From the NCBI GenBank assembly GCA_030141605.1, contig JAQGDQ010000040.1, positions 62,001 to 126,000 of the forward strand: a stretch of DNA of 64,000 nt, in the 5' to 3' direction. The stretch comes from Tubiluchus corallicola. Lineage: Eukaryota > Animalia > Priapulida. The notes under the pieces were generated by a model. That model had not been told where the DNA came from. It did no database searches and saw nothing but the letters and a program-made list of their open reading frames with translations. How positions within the stretch are numbered: position 1 is the stretch's first letter; each line of letters begins with the position of its first letter. Shown here piece by piece: positions 51,684 through 64,000 of this stretch. A program made the translations under genes and the position numbers.

Positions 51684-53361
51684 AAAAATAAAAATTTATG
51701 TTAATAGCTACATATCAAACCAATGTGGTACCAAGCAAGCTATAACTGTGGCATAATTCGAGTAACAAATGAGGTCCTACCTGATGTATATTGTCCCTAA
51801 GATCTTCCCAATGAAAACGGACATCATACAATGGCTCATTAATGTCACCAATGTGGACAGGTTCCCAATACTTAGTCCAATCTGATACTTGCCACACATT
51901 TAACGAATGTAACTTATCTGGGAGAGCTAGCCACTTCTCAAAGTCTGGTATACGATGGCAAGCAAAACACCTATGTTGATGGAAAATGATTGTAGACCCA
52001 TTTTTGAGCTGTTCTGAAAAAAATCATGGAATTATAATAACTTGCACTGTAATACATTCCCTTTTCTATTTACAATTAAATCATGACAATGCAATTAGGC
52101 TTTTAATGAAATTCCTTGTATTAAGATAATTTTCAAAATCTTGGCTAAATTTTCAATAAAGATAATAATTTTTATAATCTCCCTCAGTTTGTAGTAGGCA
52201 CCATCATGAGCCAAGACAAGCCCAGGGCACTACTGCCTCTACATCTCCCAACCACAACTCCTATCCCTCCCAGCCACTGCTAAACCTTCACTCAGATGTG
52301 TTAACACATTAAATTACAAAGTCCAAACTGTGAATAGTAAACACCATCAAGTGTATAGTTAATGTACTTATTCTTGCATTTTAAGGACATATAAAACACA
52401 GTACAAGATAGCCAAGTGGACAAGTACATGCAATTGCTTGTGACAGCCTGGATTTGATATTCTCAATTTATTAGAGTAAATCTTAGACCAACATGTACTT
52501 ACTTCTTAATATAGTTCTGTTCCATGGCATTTGACTGTTTGTCTTCAAAGTCTCAAATATGGGTATTGCATACACTTTTTTTGAATCATTGCTATGATTC
52601 CCTTCTTGTTTGTATTTCTCCACCATATTTATAAAACTGGACATTAAATCAGGCCGATTAGGCACAAATTCCAAATCCAAAGTCAATACATAAAAACTCG
52701 CTGTTCGACTTCGAGCGATATTCCTTGCTTTAGAAACAGGGTATCGAATCCTATGTGCTTCCATGTATGTCTTAATAGGCTCTGGCTCTAACTTGCAGTG
52801 TGTAAAAAATGGTTTAGTATTATTCTTATTTTTCAGAGGCAAATGTTTTCGAAGGGTGAATACATGAAAACTAACAGAACTTTTGATTGCAGGAACACAT
52901 CTTCTTAATTGCAGTATACTTTCTTTTGCTAAATTAAAATCACTTCCGGGGGCAAACACAGCCACAGATATTGGTCCTTCCCAGGCTTGTGCAAGTGGTA
53001 CAATCTTGTGCAAAAACATTAATGTCGCTTGCGTAGCAACAGTTACTGATCTATTAAAGTCAAACACTCTGTCTCTAACTACGAAATTGTATGCGATGTT
53101 GTAGTTGTTCTCATTAGCAGTATACTTAGTTGGCTGAGTCGACTTACTTGTTTGTTGGAGAATTGGTGGCAATTCAATGATTGCCTGTTTTTCTTGCATT
53201 AAATAGTTACCAAATGAAATGTTTGGTGTTGAGTTAGAGATATGCCAATGGTGCCTCAAGAATGAAAGACTGAAGTAAAGGGTAGCACCAATTGTAAACA
53301 GAATGAAAATTCCTGTTGTGTTTCTACGCAAGAAATTAAACAGAAACCACTTCAAACGCAT
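50674..53361 (-). CDS. Beta-1,4-glucuronyltransferase 1-like (GT49, B4GAT1/B3GNT1 family) type II membrane glycosyltransferase; 3 coding exons, 430 aa
   Basis: Exons 52503-53361, 51781-52013, 50674-50874 with consistent phases. N-terminal TM segment GIFILFTIGATLYFSLSFL. GT49 motifs VTVATQ, WEGPISVAVFAPG, YPVSKARNIAR, VLTLDLEFVP, VYAIPIFE, FHQHRCFACH, WEPVHIG..EPLYDVRF, QIYELCLARYTFHILDNVWLIH. An acceptor at 53407 implies upstream UTR exon(s); candidate donors at about 56154 and 59522. Orthology to B4GAT1 is not certain, so no symbol is given. Confidence 0.88.
51650..51681. repeat. (TA)n microsatellite
   Basis: About 16 TA units in the B4GAT1-like intron. Confidence 0.9.
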
Positions 53362-53559
53362 CACTGTAGTGTAGATATATGCCCTTGGATAACAACGAGA
53401 GAGAAATCTGAAACAAAAAATAAATTTAAAAATGATCAGACTAAAACTATAAGTTTTAAAAAACACAAATGCAAATATGAAAATTAAATATCACTCCTAT
53501 TATCACAAAGAGAAAACTAGGTCATGCTGTTGTTATGTAATAACAGAGAGTATAGGTTT

Positions 53560-55040
<1,481 letters not shown>

Positions 55041-56701
55041 GAAGTCAAACTGAAGGCATCTTTGGTATTCAGTTAATTGCTTTAGTCCTTTGAACTACAT
55101 TGGAAACATGTGTGTGTGTATATCTGGTGAATTACAAAAAGCCTGCTAGTGCACATACATGCAATACAATGTAATTTAATAATTTTGCATAAAAATTATT
55201 CCACAAAAATTTTATTTCGCTCATTTTATCAAAATTAGTTTTGTTAATTTCTTCGTCACAATTAATCTCTTCATCGTCTTAAAATTGCTAACCTTTATTA
55301 CAACCATTTTCTTTCCTTGGAGCGTTCACTACAATCAGTTATTATGTGAAAACTAGAACTCATTTCATGATCTGCACAAATGTTTTTAAGCATTCCCTGA
55401 AACAACACAAGTCATATTATGCACCTCAGGATAAAAAACGGGTGTTCTGTAACTAATAAGATCAATTTTCCAAGTAAGACTTAGAAGAAGAAATTTCATT
55501 AAGTTGAAGGCATACTTCTCATTGCTTGGAATGTAAGAGACACATATCAACATTCGAGATTCAGTTGATGAAAACAATGTGGGTAGAGGTCCAATTTCAG
55601 ATCTGAACTTTATTTACCCTAAGGATCTGGCATCAAAGTTGAAATGTTGCAGCATACGTGATTCGGTGACAGACCAGCATAATTCTAAGGCAGTGACTAG
55701 AGGTTCGGATCTGTATCCAGAAAAGTAGTAGTGCGTTTAGAGCCTAACTAAAAACGTGGATCCATATCCCAAAACTTACAAAAATATACTGATCAATCAA
55801 AATGTCAAAAAACATTGACTAGAAAATGCAGGTCCGAATCTGGAGCGGCGGTGAGAGATGAATAGCAAACACAGTGGTGCCTTGAAGGAAAACAGAATGA
55901 TTTTTCACAACCTTCCTCATTCTGAATTTGGCAAAGTTTACATTTTAGCACCTATAATAATGTTAAAGTGTTTTTAACATTAAAATATAGGTTATTAAAA
56001 ACTTAATAAGCCTTTTCTCAGTTCCAGCAACTGATGATGATCATTAAAAGGTCAAATGTTAAGTGTACCAGGCAACACATGTGTACACTTGACAATGCAT
56101 CGCAGCCCATGCTATTGTAATAGTAACAGTTTTAACAGCTACCTAGAACCTTACCTAGTTCATTTTTTCATGTTCCCAAGCTCTGCTCTGCTAGTAAATC
56201 ACTCTACACACAGACTAATGCATAATTAAGTAAAGTCCACGTAAAATAACTGAAGTACTGAACTAATGCTTAGCATTACCCACATGTCGTGACAATTGTA
56301 GTTAAGACGCGTTGCTCTGGTACACTTAACCTGTGACCACAGCTATTATGCATGCTCGCAACGAAACTATGAAAAGGCTTGTTAATGGAGGGCGAGTCCA
56401 ACTAGTGATGACATCACAAATGAACATAGTTTTCAAAAGTGCAAACATTCCATAAGTGTTGTACATATCTGTGAAAATAAAAATTGAAATACAGTACTAA
56501 CGGTACAACATTCAGTGTGATATACAAAAGCTCGACAAATTCTAAGTTTAAATTTCAAGACTTTTCCATTTGTATCAACGTCGAATGCACCCATGACATC
56601 TATTAGAGAGTGAGACACTGAGCAACAAGAATTTTAAAGAAAAAGAACAGTTATGGGTAAGTGAATCCTGTAAAAAATAGACACCAGCTGGCAAAACACA
56701 A

Positions 56702-58241
56702 CATCATCATTATCATCAAATTCTCATTCCATCTGCTGTAGGCATTTTGCGATTGCGATACTCGACTCTCTCCACCTATCAGAGGCGGGCACCTTTATAG
56801 GGTGCAGTCTATTTTTCAGGAACGCTGATCTTTTGGTTGTTTTTTCCCACTTTAATGTCTTTATCTTGTATTCCATGCAATCGTTCACTAGATTTCTATT
56901 TCTAGAAATCCTTCTTTTTCACTGTTCATTAATATAACTGAGTTCAAAATTTTTTCCATTCTCCATATCTGCCACATTTAAGCATATGTTCAGTAGTATC
57001 ATCATCTTCCCCACACAATGGGCATAATTACTGATCCTTAAACTCATTCTTGTAGTTTCCTTTAACTTTAATCATATTCAGTCTTATTTTCAATATGGCA
57101 GCGACTAAAGGTGATCAGTATCCGGAACTGCGGCAACCAAAAATACGGATCCGTGTCTCGAAAGCATTCACTAGAAAATATGGATCGATCCGTATGGCGA
57201 ATGATATTAACGAGAAAATACGGATCACCGTACCGCGAAAGATATTGAAGAGAAATGCGGTTCGCCGTCAAAGAGGGGCAATATATCACTTTCTTGTTTA
57301 TCCGCAATCTCAAAACCCACAATCGTAAATATCCTCATCCACTAGATCCGCGGATTGAGTGAAATTGAATATCCTCATAGATATCTATAATACGTAATCC
57401 CTCGATGGGACACGCGGTGAATGCGCGCAACACTCCGTCATATTACGGTGAGCAGCGATAAATCACAACACAAACCAAGGAAAATTACAGTTAGTAGGTT
57501 ATCACATTCACAACACTCTATAGAAAAAAATACTGGATGGTAGGTTATCATTTTACAACACTCTAAGAAATTCATAACACACTAAGATTTAAACTCTTGC
57601 TGACTGGCCTACTACACATCAAAATACTAAAGATTTTGTAACAATAAACAAAATAAAGCAAAAAAACTATTAATTGGTAGCTTATGCAACACACAGCACT
57701 ATATCAAAGCTAACAATCTGCAAGACAATAAAAGGAGAATAACTAATATTTACAGTGTAAATATTGTATCACGAAGAAAATGGTACCGAAGAAAAACGGC
57801 ATGGCTACAGGCTGTATAATGCCATATCATCATTTTCATGAAGTGGGCATGTACTTTTCAATGATGTGCAGGGCACATGGTCAAATGCCGTATGTCGTAA
57901 AAATTGTCAAAATCAGTATGTTTTGTAAATGTCACAAAAAGCACTGATGCGTATTTGTTGCAAAAATAGCTACAAATACGGATCCGTATTCAGTATCTCA
58001 GAAAAGACTGAGTACGGATCCGTACCTCTAGCCACTGCTTTTCAATACATCTTTAACCTCTTCTGGCTTGCATGTGTCTATGTAATTTTGTCGTTTCCAC
58101 TCGGAATGTTTTAAAAATCTTAATTTAGTGCTGCTCCTGCATTTTTCTGCACATTCATTCTTTATAAAACATTCAATCTTACTCTTTATTTCTTTTTTTT
58201 ATTCAGACTTTTTCATGACCCTCACCCTTTCTTCATTAGCA
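56702..58241 (-). mobile_element. 3' fragment of a non-LTR retrotransposon (C-terminal zinc knuckle and 3' UTR), split by a TIR element
   Basis: Minus-strand reading KCRSSTKLRFLKHSEWKRQNYIDTCKPEEVKDVLK, then the insertion, then LKIRLNMIKVKGNYKNEFKDQ*LCPLCGEDDDTTEHMLKC. The 3' UTR ends in a (GAT)n tail at about 56702-56718. Confidence 0.7.
57098..58038. mobile_element. Non-autonomous TIR element (~940 bp) nested in the LINE fragment
   Basis: Ends GCAGCGACTAAAGGT and rc GCAGTGGCTAGAGGT; repeated subterminal ACGGATCCGT palindromes; duplicated flank TTTTCAATA (57087-57095 and 58039-58047). A related terminus GCAGTGACTAGAGGTTCGGATC lies at 55690. Confidence 0.75.
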
Positions 58242-58563
58242 TCTAATCTCTTATATTAATATTCTTGGTATGTTATATATATATATATATAATTTTAGAG
58301 GCTACAGCCCGGACGAGGGCACCATATGCGGCAATCTATATATCAAAAGAAAGGTCTCGATCTAGTGTCGTGCCATTGATGGTTTATTTTTCGAATCGGG
58401 TCCACCGCGAGGGGGGGGGGCGAAAAACCTCCAAAAATGGCCCTTTTTCGACAGTTTTTTGCAAAAAATTGCAAAAGTTATACGGCTGAGATGTAGAGAA
58501 CGGGAACGGGCCGAGGGTGGTACGGGGTATGGATAGATAGCCCGTTCAGCGGTGGGTGTAGTA
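58242..58563 (+). mobile_element. Helitron-like 5' segment, a second copy of the first ~320 bp of the 61122 element
   Basis: A|TCTAATCTCTTATATTAATATTCTTGGTAT...GAGGCTACAGCCCGGACGAGGGCACCAT...CCCGTTCAGCGGTGGGTGTAGTA is collinear with and highly similar to 61122-61445, then diverges. Confidence 0.7.
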
Positions 58564-61121
58564 TTGAGATATTATTTTCAGAGCATTAAGACAGTATAAC
58601 GCCCACTTCTATCTGCAGCTAACAGCGTAAATTCTTCTACTCATAAAGCTAAATCTGGCTAAAGTCGTTGAACATCTTTATCTGCCCAAGTTGCTTTTTG
58701 TTTCCAAGGTACATGGCTGTTGCCTGTATGTAACTCGCATAGACATAGACATAGCATAGACATTTTTATTTATCTCCTCATTTACACCATTATATACAAA
58801 TTCACTATTATTTTTATAGTTATTGATTAAAAAGGATAAATTAAACATAAAGGAAAGAGTTAGGAGGGTGTAGGAGAAAGGGTAGCGAAAGACCAATTGG
58901 TCATCGAGTCAGCTACCCTTCTCAGGTTAGTGTAAATTTTAAAAAATTTGTAGTGCTGCTGTTAACATGAATTTATGGGGGCATACATTAAACATGAAAG
59001 CGAAATAACTAAATAAACTATGCAACAAAGAAATAAAATGAAAAATATGAAATGATGATTAACAAAATGTAGAGCATTTAACTAATCGATTAAAACATAA
59101 AAACTAGAAACAAGTCAAACCAAAAAAAAACATAAATAATAAATCAGTGAATGAAACAAAATATGCATGATAAACTCAAACAAAATATAATGAAACAAAG
59201 ATATGCAACCGTATCAAATTATGTTAAGCGTAATGATAAAATACTATGGAATGCAAGAGCTAGTGCAGAATAGTGGGGCAAACAAAATATGTAGTGAAAT
59301 TTGAGTATGTGACTAAATAGACAATATGGCTCAAAAAATATAAGAAAACTTAATGATAACTGTGAAACAATGAGCAAAATAATCATAATAAAGTCGATAT
59401 ATATGAAGTGAGAAAAGCATAATATGGAAGTAACAACATAAGTGGAGCAGGCAAAATTATAAGAAATTATGTATGAGGAAAAGTGTTGTAGTTGCTGGAT
59501 TTGTTTGAAGATTATTGCTTACCTTCCCTTTTCATAGCTGCGAAGAAATAATAACAATTTTACACTTTGATGAGAAAAAGTACTATGATAATATAATTAT
59601 AGTTAATATATTAGCTCAAGGGGAATACATTAACACTAACACTCGCAAAAACTCACTAAAACTGTAAAACTAAAAATAAGATCAATCATTTAGCAAGGGA
59701 AGTCCATATTTACCTACCATTCATTCATATCATGCGCGCATTACGTCTGTTGTACTTGGAGACATGCAGACAGAATTCTATGACTGTGGCTTGCCAGCAC
59801 CACTTCCACTTATCATGATTGATGTAGTATCATCATCATATCCCGTTACGTCAACATTTAGACATTAGGTAGGCAGAATTCTAAAGTAAAAGAAATCGGC
59901 CCTCAAGACAGGTAAAACAGCAGTAATCCAACGAAAAACTAGACACTGCTATGCCTAAGACTCGTCAGCACCGCTTCACTTTATTTACGTAACAAAAAAT
60001 AAAATCAAATAAACAAAATCAGAAGTGACAATAGAAAAACTCTTTAGAAATTGCTTCTGTTGCGTTTATTTCGTGTGACATTTATTGGGTTTTGCCCATA
60101 GTACATGTAATTATATATCAATATTCAAGAAAGACATATATTACACTCTTAGTACTTTATTGCTAATGTTTGGGCGTTTTTACAATTATAAATGGTACTA
60201 ATTTAGTTGATGAAACCCTAAAAAACAGAATGTTCTACTATTGTCACATGGACGCGGTGTCATACACACTTTAAATTGCGAAAAAATATAGAAATGAGTA
60301 AATTTAACGTACATGCGGGTTATAATACTGCATGTTGTCATCTGTGAGTTAGTCTGTAGTGTGAATACAGTAACCAACAAAAACAGTTAAAATGCTGATA
60401 CAGCAGAGAATGAAAAGCAAGGAACACATTAACTATAAGCGCCAATAAATTAATAGCTATTATGTAAATACATAACTTCATCACTGCAAATTCGCTAACA
60501 TCATTTAAAAAAGCAGTGCTCTGTGTGTAAATAAAAAACATTTGCTTATCCCTTACTAGAAATAAATTATATGTACTACCTACACAATACATTATTTAAT
60601 TTCTTTATAAGGCAATTCATGCGTGACGTTGTGCATGCTTATGTTAATTCAAATGTCTATTATGTACATTAGTAGGACAGCTTTTCCAAAGTACAAAACT
60701 AAATCGACTTACACACTATAATTAAATTAAAGCCACACCACAGATTCAATATTACGCGAACTCATTAGTGGTAGAAAACAAAATATGGTGAACTGTCACA
60801 AAAGCTGCATGCGTTTCATAAAAGCATTGAAATTTTATCCAATCTAGTGAAATTTTAGTCAGACTGAACTCCAATCCAAGCACGAGAGTGTTTACCACTT
60901 GACACACATATCTATAAATTATCTGCAGCAAGACTACGAACTATGATATTTTATTTCACACATAAAACTGGAACACAGTTACAAAAGTAATATTATCAAT
61001 GAGAAAATTTGGTATGTGTGAGGGGAATGTAGGACCAAATGGTCATTTACACACTCCCCTTATATTTTAGCTGGTATAATTAGTTCATGGGGCCCGTAAA
61101 AGAATTATGTAACTATTATTA

Positions 61122-62908
61122 TCTATACTCTTATATTAATATTCTTGGTATCTTAATACATATATATATATAAGATTCGAGGCTACAGCCCGGACGAGGG
61201 CACCATTTGCGGCGATCTATATATCAAACGAAAGGTCTCGATCTAGTGTCGTCTCATTGGGGGTTTAATTTTCGAATGGGGCCCACCGGGAGGAACGGAG
61301 GGCGAAAAACCCCCCAAAATGGCCCTTTTTCGGGCGTTTTTTGCAAAAAATTGCAAAAGTTATACGGCTGAGATGTAGAGAACGGGAATGGGTCGAGGGG
61401 GGTGCTGGGTATGGATAGATAGCCCGTTCAGCGGTGGGTGTAGTAGGCATATTTAGAATTCCCGAGAGGGCCACGGGGTCCCGCAACGGGCGTTTTCCCG
61501 GACCCAGCTCGCGATTTTTTCGAAATTTTGGCCAAACAGCCTGCGGAAAAAACGTTCTAGCGGCGCCTGGTGGGACTCTCGGAAGGAGATATGGGGCTCT
61601 TTAGAAAGAGGAAGAACGGGGCTACACGATGATGTGGGCTATATGTTAGGGCAGGTCCACCGAGTGGTGTACTAGCGAGTTAATTAGATGTTCTATTTTT
61701 CGCAATTTTCGCTTAGAAAACTGCTGACGCAAAGGCATTGTTGTGACGTCATCCATTGTATTCTGTCTATAATCTTATAGCCTTAATTCAGCAAAAAGCT
61801 GCTACGCTGCTGTAATTCAGTAAAAGCTGCTACGGGCTTTGTATTAAAAATGAGGACTAGGTAGAATGTTCGCGTGTTATTGATTATACGTGGTTTTTTA
61901 CGCAAAATCTTTTGCGGGGCCTTTGCTATTTATTATATTATAGCACATAGTTTCAACTTTGTGAAAAATGTTTGAAATGGTTTTGTTGTAATGCTGTGCT
62001 TGTTGGTGCTTGTGCTATAGGTGTCGTCATCGTTGCCACCACCATCATCATCATCATCAACATCATGATCACCACGTGAGGTGGTGTGCTTTGTGTGTTG
62101 TGCTATGGATGGTGTGGTGGGGTGTGGGTAGTGTGGTATGGAGTGGGTGGCGTGGTGTGTGGGTGTTGTGGTGCAGTGGTGCGTGATGTGGTGGAGTATT
62201 ATGGTGTGGTGTGTGGGTGGTGCGATGTTGTGTGGTGCAGTGGTATGGTGTGGTGTGGTGGAGTCGTATGGTGTGGTGTGTGGGTGGTGCGGTGTGCTGC
62301 AGTGGTATGGTGTGGTGGAGTGGTATGGTGTGGGTGGTGTGGTGTTATGGTGTGGTGCTGTGCAGTGTGATGTGGTGGAGTATTATGGTGTGGGTGGTGT
62401 GGTGTGGTGTGTGGGTGGTACAGTGGTATGGTGTGGTGGAGTGGTGCAGTGTGGTGTTATGGTGTGATCTGGTGGAGTGGTATGGTGTGGTGTGTGGGTG
62501 GTACAGTGGTATGGTGTGGTGGAGTGGTGCAGTGTGGTGTTATGGTGTGATCTGGTGGAGTGGTATGGTGTGGTGTGTAGGTGGTATGGTGTGGTGTGGT
62601 GGTATTGTGTGGTGCGATGAGGTGGAGTGGTATGGTGTGGTGTGTAGGTGGGTGGGTGGTGTGGTGCAGTGTGGTGTTATGGTGTGGTGTGATGTGGTGG
62701 AGTATTATGGTGTGGTGTGGTGTGTGGGTGGTGCAGTGGTATGGTGTGGTGGAGTGGTATGGTGTGGTGTGTAGGTGGTATGGTGTGGTGGTAGTGTGGT
62801 GCGATGAGGTGGAGTGGTATGGTGTGGTGCAGTGTGGTGTGATGAGGTGGAGTGGTGTGGGTTGTGTGTTGATTTGTGCACAAAATTCTTTTTGTGGGGT
62901 TTGGCTAG
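61122..62908 (+). mobile_element. Non-autonomous Helitron-like element (~1.8 kb) containing a GT-rich minisatellite
   Basis: 5' end A|TCTATACTCTTATATTAATA. 3' hairpin CACAAAA-TTCT-TTTTGTG followed by GGGTTTGG-CTAG|T. No TSD and an A/T target, matching canonical Helitron termini. Confidence 0.65.
62078..62870. repeat. Degenerate (GTGTG/GTG)n satellite with higher-order units such as GGAGTGGTATGGTGTGGTGT
   Basis: About 790 bp of almost only G and T on the plus strand; source of the spurious W/C/G/V and H/T/P ORFs. Confidence 0.95.
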
Positions 62909-64000
62909 TTATTATATTAATGTAACAAGACATAATGATTATTAGTGTAAAGAAATTAGGATTAATTCAAACTGAATTAGTCAATAATTTGATATGGTGA
63001 CTTACAAGCAAAACTGAAAAAGATAATAACGGTAATATTTATAATGGGAGAAGTTTAATTTTTGTAGAAGGTTAAATAAACATAACTAACTATTAAGGAA
63101 GTAGAAAATATTGAGGAGGTTAGAAAATAACTAATATTTGTAATGAGAAATACTTGGTTTACATATAGTAATTAATTTTATATATACATACACACACACA
63201 CACCCAATCAATGCCACACGCTCCCGCGCACACGCATGCACACACACACACACACGCATTATTTGATATCCATAAAATAAAATTTCAAAAATCCATAAAA
63301 TAAGCTATTTTATTTATTTTATACATATCCATAATCTTATGCACCCTGCACATATGGGTTTTCTTAAATCTGTGCTCGTGGATAAACAACAAAAAAAAAC
63401 CTGACTAACTTGACTCGGCAAGATTTATTGTGGGCAACAAAAATAATATTAAAAGCAGTGCTATTTTACATGTTCTTTCATTTGTAACACAAAATTACCA
63501 CAGCTCTATGATATAACACCTCTCTATAAGTAATCTTCTAAAGCATAATAATTTACACAAAACAGAATCACTTATACTGTAGTGAGTGAAATGAAGCAAT
63601 TTTGAATTTGTACCATACATACAAATTAATGAAAACTTTACTTTGTTTTCATCACAATGTTCTACGCTTCATAGATAATAAATATAACATACATAGAGTC
63701 TGCAAAGAAAGATTAGTTTTCTTATGAGTATGCATTTAATTAACATAATATTACAATATTTTTTGTAAAGGTTCTGTTTTATATAATGTATAAGGTTCTG
63801 TTTTATATAATGTATAAAATATCCAATGCTTAATTTATTAAAAACACTTTGTAACAGATTGTCATAATTACAATGACCTATAAATTTGTAGCACAATTAC
63901 AAATGTCAGACATTTGATCGGGAAAACAGTTTCTTCACCTCATCAAAAACCTGAAAAAACATACAGAGCTTCTAGAAGTGATATAAAATATACCAGAATT

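Noticed and set aside
62086-62933. W/C/G/V-rich and H/T/P-rich ORFs in several frames
   Set aside because: They are stop-poor artefacts of the GTG satellite, which is also not the telomeric TTAGGG repeat.

Overview
This is AT-rich, intron-containing genomic DNA from an animal, most likely an invertebrate, so prokaryotic system types do not apply. I assembled three spliced protein-coding genes by hand using GT-AG sites and phase checks. (1) REV3L, the DNA polymerase zeta catalytic subunit, is on the minus strand with 27 coding exons from 29066 down to 1263 (3367 codons); its polymerase core and C-terminus lie off the left edge. (2) HMGXB4 is on the plus strand with 10 exons (39985-47818, 526 aa), head-to-head with REV3L. 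(3) A B4GAT1-like GT49 glycosyltransferase is on the minus strand with 3 exons (53361-50674, 430 aa), tail-to-tail with HMGXB4. Introns and spacers hold at least five hAT-type non-autonomous elements with 8-bp TSDs, other MITEs, four decayed non-LTR retrotransposon fragments, a Helitron-like element with two 3' ends, and microsatellites. I found no clearly new multi-gene system. The best leads concern REV3L. It is predicted at about 4000 aa with a 4142-bp exon. It has a Taspase1-like QLD/G site, an HCF-1-type DHDYC motif and two REV7-binding motifs. Its 5' end has a start-stop uORF, a candidate poison exon in intron 1, and a possible MITE-donated first exon. All exon models are predictions without transcript data.
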